Origin: Zygnema circumcarinatum SAG 698-1b
Taxonomy: Eukaryota; Plantae; Zygnematophyceae
Assembly (NCBI GenBank): GCA_037447605.1
Contig: JBBHKD010000039.1
Location: 1-12,975, forward strand
DNA: 12,975 bases
Direction of reading: 5' to 3'
Shown: positions 1-9,680 of the stretch, one piece after another
Layout: each line of letters begins with the position of its first letter
How positions within the stretch are numbered: position 1 is the stretch's first letter
Program-made: the position numbers and the translations under genes
Notes under the pieces: generated by a model
What the model was told of the DNA's origin: nothing
Databases searched by the model: none
What the model saw: only the letters and a program-made list of their open reading frames with translations

Positions 1-522
1 ATATAACGGAGTGGGCGTGTATAGAGCATAACCTATTACTGCGTGTGACATAAGCGTCCATATCTGAATAGGGAGAGCGCTTAATTGACTCAAACTTTTT
101 GTGCATACGGCGGACACACTGTAGAGTGACGCTGAGAAATTTCGGTGCAAAAAAGTAAAAGACAAAAAAGTTAAGTATAACGGAGTGGACGTGTATAGGA
201 ACGCAACCTATTGCATGTGTGACATAAACGTCCATATCTGAATAGGGAGAACGCTTAATTGACTCAAACTTTTTGTGAATACGGCGGACACACTGTAGAG
301 TGACGCTGAGAAATTTCGGTGCAAAAAAGTAAAAGACAAAAAAGTTATGTATAACGGAGTGGACGTGTATAGGAACGCAACCTATTGCACGTGTGACATA
401 AACGTCATATCTGAATAGGGAGAACGCTTAATTGACTCAAACTTTATGTGCATACGGCGGACACACTGTAGAGTGACGCTAAGAAATTTCGGTGCAAAAA
501 AGTAAAAGACAAAAAAGTTATG

Positions 523-696
523 TATAACGGAGTGGACGTGTATAGGAACGCAACCTATTGCACGTGTCACAAAAACGTCCATATCTGAATAAGGAGAACG
601 CTTAACTGACTCAAACTTTTTGTGCATACGGCGGACACACTGTAGAGTGACTCTGAGAAATTTCGGTGCAAAAAAGTAAAAGACAAAAAAGTTAAG
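523..696. repeat. Representative C1-type monomer (GTCACAAAA, TAAGGAG, TTAACTGAC, GACTCTGAG, GTTAAG)
   Basis: The same haplotype occurs in M4 and M10. M22 differs only at position 70. Noisy copies are M31 and M37. Confidence 0.85.
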
Positions 697-870
697 TATA
701 ACGGAGTGGACGTGTATAGGAACGCAACCTATTGCATGTGTGACATAAACGTCCATATCTGAATAGGGAGAACGCTTAATTGACTCAAACTTTTTGTGAA
801 TACGGCGGACACACTGTAGAGTGACGCTGAGAAATTTCGGTGCAAAAAAGTAAAAGACAAAAAAGTTATG
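697..870. repeat. Representative A-type monomer (CATGTG, CTTTTTGTGAAT, GCTGAG)
   Basis: The same core alleles occur in M2, M5, M8, M14, M17, M20, M23, M32, M41. Confidence 0.9.
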
Positions 871-1044
871 TATAACGGAGTGGACGTGTATAGGAACGCA
901 ACCTATTGCACGTGTGACATAAACGTCCATATCTGAATAGGGAGAACGCTTAATTGACTCAAACTTTATGTGCATACGGCGGACACACTGTAGAGTGACG
1001 CTAAGAAATTTCGGTGCAAAAAAGTAAAAGACAAAAAAGTTATG
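871..1044. repeat. Representative B-type monomer (CACGTG, CTTTATGTGCAT, GCTAAG)
   Basis: The same core alleles occur in M3, M6, M9, M18, M21, M24, M39, M52, M69, M71, M74. Confidence 0.9.
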
Positions 1045-3133
1045 TATAACGGAGTGGACGTGTATAGGAACGCAACCTATTGCACGTGTGACATAAACGT
1101 CCATATCTGAATAGGGAGAACGCTTAATTGACTCAAACTTTTTGTGAATACGGCGGACACACTGTAGAGTGACGCTGAGAAATTTCGGTGCAAAAAAGTA
1201 AAAGACAAAAAAGTTAAGTATAACGGAGTGGACGTGTATAGGAACGCAACCTATTGCATGTGTGACATAAACGTCCATATCTGAATAGGGAGAACGCTTA
1301 ATTGACTCAAACTTTTTGTGAATACGGCGGACACACTGTAGAGTGACGCTGAGAAATTTCGGTGCAAAAAAGGAAAAGACAAAAAAGTTATGTATAACGG
1401 AGCGGACGTGTATAGGAACGCAACCTATTGCACGTGTGACATAAACGTCCATATCTGAATAGGGAGAACGCTTAATTGACTCAAACTTTATGTGCATACG
1501 GCGGACACACTGTAGAGTGACGCTAAGAAATTTCGGTGCAAAAAAGTAAAAGACAAAAAAGTTATGTATAACGGAGTGGACGTGTATAGGAACGCAACCT
1601 ATTGCACGTGTCACAAAAACGTCCATATCTGAATAAGGAGAACGCTTAACTGACTCAAACTTTTTGTGCATACGGCGGACACACTGTAGAGTGACTCTGA
1701 GAAATTTCGGTGCAAAAAAGTAAAGACAAAAAAGTTAAGTATAACGGAGTGGACGTGTATAGGAACACAACCTATTGCATGTGTCACAAAAACGTCCATA
1801 TCTGAATAAGGGAGAACGCTTAATTGACTCAAACTTTTGTGAATCTGACGGACCTGCTTGTAGAGTGACAGCCGAGAAATTCCGGTGCAAAAGAATAAAA
1901 CGCAAAAACGTTATGTATAACGGAGTGGACATGTATAGGAACGCAACTTATTGCACGTGTCACAAAAACGTCCATATCTGAATAGGGAGAACGCTTAATT
2001 GACTCAAACGTTATGTGCATACGGCGGACACACTGTAGAGTGACGCTAAGAAATTTCGGTGCAAAAAAGTAAAAGACAAAAAAGTTATGTATAACGGAGT
2101 GGACGTGTATAGGAACGCAACCTATTGCACGTGTGACATAAACGTCCATATCTGAATAGGGAGAACGCTTAATTGACTCAAACTTTTTGTGCATACGGCG
2201 GACACACTGTAGAGTGACTCTGAGAAATTTCGGTGCAAAAAATTAAAAGACAAAAAAGTTAAGTATAACGGAGTGGACGTGTATAGGAACGCAACCTATT
2301 GCATGTGTGACATAAACGTCCATATCTGAATAGGGAGAACGCTTAATTGACTCAAACTTTTTGTGAATACGGCGGACACACTGTAGAGTGACGCTGAGAA
2401 ATTTCGGTGCAAAAAAGGAAAAGACAAAAAAGTTATGTATAACGGAGTGGACGTGTATAGGAACGCAACCTATTGCACGTGTGACATAAACGTCCATATC
2501 TGAATAGGGAGGAACGCTTAATTGACTCAAACTTTATGTGCATACGGCGGACACACTGTAGAGTGATGCTAAGAAATTTCGGTGCAAAAAAGTAAAAGAC
2601 AAAAAAGTTATGTATAACGGAGTGGACGTGTATAGGAACGCAACCTATTGCACGTGTCACAAAACGTCCATATCTGAATAGGGAGAACGCTTAACAGACT
2701 CAAACGTTTTGTGCATACGGCGGACACACTGTAGAGTGACTCTAAGAAATTTCGGTGCAAAAAAGTAAAAGACAAAAAAGTTAAGTATAACGGAGTGGAC
2801 GTGTATAGGAACACAACCTATTGCATGTGTGACATAAACGTCCATATCTGAATAGGGAGAACGCTTAATTGACTCAAACTTTTTGTGAATACGGCGGACA
2901 CACTGTAGAGTGACGCTGAGAAATTTCGGTGCAAAAAAGGAAAAGACAAAAAAGTTATGTATAACGGAGCGGACGTGTATAGGAACGCAACCTATTGCAC
3001 GTGTGACATAAACGTCCATATCTGAATAGGGAGAACGCTTAATTGACTCAAACTTTATGTGCATACGGCGGACACACTGTAGAGTGACGCTAAGAAATTT
3101 CGGTGCAAAAAAGTAAAAGACAAAAAAGTTATG

Positions 3134-3307
3134 TATAACGGAGTGGACGTGTATAGGAACGCAACCTATTGCACGTGTGACATAAACGTCCATATCTGAA
3201 TAGGGAGAACGCTTAATTGACTCAAACTTTTTGTGAATACGGCGGACACACTGTAGAGTGACGCTGAGAAATTTCGGTGCAAAAAAGTAAAAGACAAAAA
3301 AGTTATG
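3134..3307. repeat. Representative D-type (consensus-like) monomer (CACGTG, CTTTTTGTGAAT, GCTGAG)
   Basis: The same alleles occur in M19, M26, M43, M68. M7 and M34 differ only by GTTAAG. Confidence 0.85.
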
Positions 3308-4959
3308 TATAACGGAGTGGACGTGTATAGGAACGCAACCTATTGCATGTGTGACATAAACGTCCATATCTGAATAGGGAGAACGCTTAATTGACTCAAA
3401 CTTTTTGTGAATACGGCGGACACACTGTAGAGTGACGCTGAGAAATTTCGGTGCAAAAAAGTAAAAGACAAAAAAGTTATGTATAACGGAGTGGACGTGT
3501 ATAGGAACGCAACCTATTGCACGTGTGACATAAACGTCCATATCTGAATAGGGAGAACGCTTAATTGACTCAAACTTTATGTGCATACGGCGGACACACT
3601 GTAGAGTGACGCTAAGAAATTTCGGTGCAAAAAAGTAAAAGACAAAAAAGTTATGTATAACGGAGTGGACGTGTATAGGAACGCAACCTATTGCACGTGT
3701 CACAAAAACGTCCATATCTGAATAGGGAGAACGCTTAACTGACTCAAACTTTTTGTGCATACGGCGGACACACTGTAGAGTGACTCTGAGAAATTTCGGT
3801 GCAAAAAAGTAAAAGACAAAAAAGTTAAGTATAACGGAGTGGACGTGTATAGGAACGCAACCTATTGCATGTGTGACATAAACGTCCATATCTGAATAGG
3901 GAGAACGCTTAATTGACTCAAACTTTTTGTGAATACGGCGGACACACTGTAGAGTGACGCTGAGAAATTTCGGTGCAAAAAAGTAAAAGACAAAAAAGTT
4001 ATGTATAACGGAGTGGACGTGTATAGGAACGCAACCTATTGCACGTGTGACATAAACGTCCATATCTGAATAGGGAGAACGCTTAATTGACTCAAACTTT
4101 ATGTGCATACGGCGGACACACTGTAGAGTGACGCTAAGAAATTTCGGTGCAAAAAAGTAAAAGACAAAAAAGTTATGTATAACGGAGTGGACGTGTATAG
4201 GAACGCAACCTATTGCACGTGTGACATAAACGTCCATATCTGAATAGGGAGAACGCTTAATTGACTCAAACTTTTTGTGAATACGGCGGACACACTGTAG
4301 AGTGACGCTAAGAAATTTCGGTGCAAAAAAGTAAAAGACAAAAAAGTTATGTATAACGGAGTGGACGTGTATAGGAACGCAACCTATTGCACGTGTGACA
4401 TAAACGTCCATATCTGAATAGGGAGAACGCTTAATTGACTCAAACTTTTTGTGAATACGGCGGACACACTGTAGAGTGACGCTGAGAAATTTCGGTGCAA
4501 AAAAGTAAAAGAACCAAAAAAGTTATGTATAACGGAGTGGACGTGTATAGGAACGCAACCTATTGCACGTGTGACATAAACGTCCATATTTGAATAGGGA
4601 GAACGCTTAATTGACTCAAACTTTATGTGCATACGGCGGACACACTGTAGAGTGACGCTGAGAACGTTAGGTGGAAATAAGTGAAAAAAAAAAAAGTTAC
4701 GTATAACGGAGTGGACGTGTATAGGAACGCAACCTATTGCACGTGTGACATAAACGTCCATATCTGAATAGGGAGAACGCTTAATTGACTCAAACTTTAT
4801 GTGCATACGGCGGACACACTGTAGAGTGACGCTAGGAAATTTCGGTGCAAAAAAGTAAAAGACAAAAAAGTTATGTATAACGGAGTGGACGTGTATAGGA
4901 ACGCAACCTATTGCAGGTGTGACATAAACGTCCATATCTGAATAGGGAGAACGCTTAAT

Positions 4960-5380
4960 TGATTCAAACTTTTACGTGAATACGGCGGACACAGCAGCAG
5001 AGTGACGAGAAATATCGGTACAAAAAAGTAAAAAGACAAAAAAGTTATATATAACAGGTGGGCGATGTATAAGAGCATAACTATTACCGCGGTGGCGACA
5101 TAAACTGATACCCATATCTGAATAGGGAGGCGCTTAATTGACTAAAACTTTTTGTGCATACGGCGGACACACTGTAGAGTGACTCTGAGAAATTTCGGTG
5201 CAAAAAAGTAAAAGACAAAAAGTTAAGTATAACAGGTGGACGTGTATAGGAGCATAACCTATTGCGTATGCAAAAACGTCCCATATCTGAATAAGGAGGA
5301 GCAGCAACTGACTCAAACTTTTTGTGCATAGGGCGTACATACTGTAGAGTGGCTCTGAGGAACTTCGGTGCATAAAAGTA
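4960..5380. other. Indel-rich degraded copies of the monomer (probable sequencing-error burst)
   Basis: The monomer is still alignable but carries dense 1-3 nt indels and substitutions. Flanking monomers are near-perfect. Confidence 0.65.
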
Positions 5381-6064
5381 AAAGACAAAAAAGTTATGTA
5401 TAACGGAGTGGACGTGTATAGGAACACAACCTATTGCATGTGTGACATAAACGTCCATATCTGAATAGGGAGAACGCTTAATTGACTCAAACTTTTTGTG
5501 AATACGGCGGACAGCACACTGTAGAGTGACGCTGAGAAATTTCGGTGCAAAAAAGTAAAAGACAAAAAAGTTATGTATAACGGAGTGGACGTGTATAGGA
5601 ACGCAACCTATTGCACGTGTGACATAAACGTCCATATCTGAATAGGGAGAACGCTTAATTGACTCAAACGTTATGTGCATACGGCGGACACACTGTAGAG
5701 TGACGCTAAGAAATTTCGGTGCAAAAAAGTAAAAGACAAAAAAGTTATGTATAACGGAGTGGACGTGTATAGGAACGCAACCTATTGCACGTGTGACATA
5801 AACGTCCATATCTGAATAGGGAGAACGCTTAATTGACTCAAACTTTTTGTGAATACGGCGGACACACTGTAGAGTGACGCTGAGAAATTTCGGTGCAAAA
5901 AAGTAAAAGACAAAAAAGTTAAGTATAACGGAGTGGACGTGTATAGGAACGCAACCTATTGCATTTGTGACATAAACGTCCATATCTGAATAGGGAGAAC
6001 GCTTAATTGACTCAAACTTTTTGTGAATACGGCGGACACACTGTGGAGTGACGCTGAGAAATTT

Positions 6065-6470
6065 CGGAGCAAAAAGGGAAAAGACAAAAAGTTATATATG
6101 AACGGACGCGTGTATAGGAGCATGACTGATGCGCGTGTAGCGTAAAGCGTCCATATACGAGATAGGAGAGCAGCGAATTGAGCTCAAACTTTAATATTAA
6201 ATACAGCGGGCCCTTGCTTGTAAGTGATGCTTAGAAATTTCCGGTGCAAAAAGTAAAGACAAAGTTAGCATAATATAGCGAATTGGACGTGTATAGGAGC
6301 CTTGACCTATTGCGCGTGTCACCGAAACGTCGTATCTGAATAAGGAGAACGCTTAGCGGCTCAAACTTTTTTGTGCATACGACGGACAGACACTTGACAC
6401 ACGTTGAGAAATTTCGGTGCACAAAAGTAAAAGAAAATAAAAATATATATAACGGAGTGGACGTGTGTAG
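6065..6470. other. Indel-rich degraded copies (probable sequencing-error burst)
   Basis: Dense indels and substitutions. The underlying B and C1 alleles (GATGCT, GTCAC, TAAGGAG) remain visible. Confidence 0.65.
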
Positions 6471-7490
6471 GACCGCAACCTATTGCACGTGTCACAAAAA
6501 CGTCCATATCTGAATAGGGACAACGCTTAATTGACTCAAACTTTTTGTGAATACGGCGGACACACTGTAGAGTGACGCTGAGAAATTTCGGTGCAAAAAA
6601 GTAAAAGACAAAAAAGTTATGTATAACGGAGTGGACGTGTATAGGAACGCAACCTATTGCACGTGTGACATAAACGTCCATATCTGAATAGGGAGAACGC
6701 TTAATTGACTCAAACTTTATGTGCATACGGCGGACACACTGTAGAGTGACGCTAAGAAATTTCGGTGCAAAAAAGTAAAAGACAAAAAAGTTATGTATAA
6801 CGGAGTGGACGTGTATAGTAACGCAACCTATTGCAGGTGACACAAAAACGTCCATATCTGAATAGGGAGAACGCTTAACTGACTCAAACGTTTTGTGCAT
6901 ACGGCGGACACACTGTAGAGTGACGCTGAGAAATTTCAGTGCAAAAAAGTAAAAGACAAAAACGTTATGTATAACGGAGTGGACGTGTATAGGAAGCAAC
7001 CTATTGCATGTGTGACATAAACGTCCATATCTGAATAGGGAGAACGCTTAATTGACTCAAACTTTTTGTGAATACGGCGGACACACTGTAGAGTGACGCT
7101 GAGAAATTTCGGTGCAAAAAAGGAAAAGACAAAAAAGTTATGTATAACGGAGCGGACGTGTATAGGAACGCAACCTATTGCACGTGTGACATAAACGTCC
7201 ATATCTGAATAGGGAGAACGCTTAATTGACTCAAACTTTTTGTGCATACGGCGGACACACTGTAGAGTGACGCTAAGAAATTTCGGTGCAAAAAATTAAA
7301 AGACAAAAAAGTTAAGTATAACGGAGTGGACGTGTATAGGAACGCAACCTATTGCACGTGTGACATAAACGTCCATATCTGAATAGGGAGAACGCTTAAT
7401 TGACTCAAACTTTTTGTGAATACGGCGGACACACTGTAGAGTGACGCTGAGAAATTTCGGTGCAAAAAAGTAAAAGACAAAAAAGTTATG

Positions 7491-7664
7491 TATAACGGAG
7501 TGGACGTGTATAGGAACGCAACCTATTGCACGTGTCACAAAAACGTCCATATCTGAATAGGGAGAACGCTTAACAGACTCAAACGTTTTGTGCATACGGC
7601 GGACACACTGTAGAGTGACTCTAAGAAATTTCGGTGCAAAAAAGTAAAAGACAAAAAAGTTAAG
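7491..7664. repeat. Representative C2-type monomer (GTCACAAAA, TTAACAGAC, AAACGTTTTG, GACTCTAAG, GTTAAG)
   Basis: The same haplotype occurs in M16, M44, M53, M65, M72. Confidence 0.88.
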
Positions 7665-8409
7665 TATAACGGAGTGGACGTGTATAGGAACGCAACCTAT
7701 TGCAGGTGTGACATAAACGTCCATATCTGAATAGGGAGAACGCTTAATTGACTCAAACTTTTTGTGAATACGGCGGACACACTGTAGAGTGACGCTGAGA
7801 AATTTCGGTGCAAAAAAGTTACAGACAAAAAAGTTATGTATAACGGAGTGGACGTGTATAGGAACGCAACCTATTGCAGGTGTGACATAAACGTCCATAT
7901 CTGAATAGGGAGAACGCTTAATTGACTCAAAATTTTTGTGCATACGGCGGACACACTGTAGAGTGACGCTGAGAAATTTCGGTGCAAAAAAGTAAAAGAC
8001 AAAAAAGTTATGTATAACGGAGTGGACGTGTATAGGAACGCAACCTATTGCACGTGTGACATAAACGTCCATATCTGAATAGGGAGAACGCTTAATTGAC
8101 TCAAACTTTATGTGCATACGGCGGACACACTGTAGAGTGACGCTGAGAAATTTCGGTGCAAAAAAGGAAAAAGACAAAAAAGTTATGTATAACGGAGCGG
8201 ACGTGTATAGGAACGCAACCTATTACACGTGTGACATAAACGTCCATATCTGAATAGGGAGAACGCTTAATTGACTCAACCTTTATGTGCATACAGCGGA
8301 CACACTGTACAGTGACGCTAAGAAATTTCGGTGCAAAAAAGTAAAAGACAAAAAAGTTATGTATAACGGAGTGGACGTGTATAGGAACGCAACCTATTGC
8401 ACGTGTGAC

Positions 8410-8720
8410 ATAACAATCCCATATCTGGGTCACGCAACAATTGGCTCAAACTTTTTGTAGACCACAGCGGACACAGCAGAGTGACAGCCGAGAAATTTCA
8501 GTGCAAAAAGTAAAAAGACAAAAAGAAGTTGAAAAATGTATAAGCGGGTGGGCCGATTAATGTAAGGAGCACATAAGCTGTGCACGTGTGACATAAACGA
8601 TATATCACAGACGGAGGAGCAACGAATTGACTCAAACTTTGCATGCATACGGCAGGACGCTGTAAATTGACAGGAAATTTCAGTGCAAAAAAAAGTAAAA
8701 GACAAAAAAAAAGTTATGTA
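8410..8720. other. Indel-rich degraded copies (probable sequencing-error burst)
   Basis: Dense indels with abrupt onset and end. Shares non-consensus words with other bursts. Confidence 0.65.
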
Positions 8721-9517
8721 TCACGGAGTGGACGTGTATAGAAACGCAACCTATTGCATGTGTGACATAAACGTCCATATCTGTATAGGGAGAACGCTTA
8801 ATTGATTCAAACTTTATGTGAATACGGCGGACACACTGTAGAGTGACGCTGAGAAATTTCGGTGCAAAAAAGTAAAAGACAAAAAAGTTATGTATAACGG
8901 AGTGGACGTGTATAGGAACGCAACCTATTGCACGTGTGACATAAACGTCCATATCTGAATAGGGAGAACGCTTAATTGACTCAAACTTTATGTGCATACG
9001 GCGGACACACTGTAGAGTGACGCTAAGAAATTTGCAAAAAAGTAAAAGACAAAAAAGTTATGTATAACGGAGTGGACGTGTATAGGAACGCAACCTATTG
9101 CACGTGTCACAAAAACGTCCATATATGAATAGGGAGAACGCTTAACAGACTCAAACGTTTTGTGCATACGGCGGACACACTGTAGAGTGACTCTAAGAAA
9201 TTTCGGTGCAAAAAAGTAAAAGACAAAAAAGTTAAGTATAACGGAGTGGACGTGTATAGGAACGCAACCTATTGCAGGTGTGACATAAACGTCCATATCT
9301 GAATAGGGAGAACGCTTAATTGACTCAAACGTTTTGTGCATACGGCGGACACACTATAGAGTGACGCTGAGAAATTTCGGTGCAAAAAAGTAAAAGACAA
9401 AAAAGTTATGTATAACGGAGTGGACGTGTATAGGAACGCAACCTATTGCACGTGTGACATAAACGTCCATATTTGAATAGGGAGAACGCTTAATTGACTC
9501 AAACTTTATGTGCATAC

Positions 9518-9680
9518 GGCGAGGAGCTGCTTGTAGAAGTGACGCTAAGAATTTCCGGTTACAAAAAGTAAAGACAAAAAAAAAGTTATATATAACAGGT
9601 GGACATTATTATAGGGAGGCGCCAACCTGTGCACGTGTGACGCAAGCGCGATCCATATCTGAATAGGAGAACAGCAATTG
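9518..9680. other. Indel-rich degraded copy (probable sequencing-error burst)
   Basis: Dense indels between clean monomers. Confidence 0.65.

Larger units (their letters stand above)
176..4351. repeat. Higher-order repeat domain: 3-monomer (about 522 bp) period nested in a 6-monomer (about 1044 bp) period, order A-B-C-A-B-D, 4 copies (M2-M25)
   Basis: Allele C41T (CATGTG) occurs at 216, 737, 1259, 1780, 2304, 2826, 3348, 3870, i.e. every third monomer. Full C-type monomers (GTCACAAAA + TTAAC + GACTCT + GTTAAG) are M4, M10, M16, M22, with the G130T allele at 652, 1696, 2741, 3785, i.e. every sixth monomer. M11-M13 are mosaic exceptions. Confidence 0.85.

Noticed and set aside
871-960. Bacterial sigma70 promoter from TTGACT and TATAAC
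   Set aside because: The hexamers are about 85 bp apart rather than about 17 bp, and the context is a satellite.
875-1000. Ancient internal subrepeats (ACGG..GGAC..TGTA at positions 5 and 106; GAGTG(G)ACG at 8 and 123; ATAGG..AACGC at 20 and 67)
   Set aside because: The matches are short, gapped and have no consistent spacing, so I cannot distinguish them from chance without a statistical self-alignment.
1010-1026. CENP-B box-like TTTCGGTGCAAAAAAGT
   Set aside because: It matches TTCG and the central A of nTTCGnnnnAnnCGGGn but has AAAG in place of CGGG (6 of 9 essential bases).
1006-1038. Helically phased A-tracts causing strong intrinsic curvature
   Set aside because: Tract centres are about 12, 7 and 8 bp apart and the two A6 runs are 15 bp apart, which is not a 10-11-bp phasing.
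9031-9036. 4-bp deletion (loss of CGGT) in M52 and other isolated 1-3 bp indels
   Set aside because: They are singletons, not shared by other monomers, and cannot be told apart from sequencing error.
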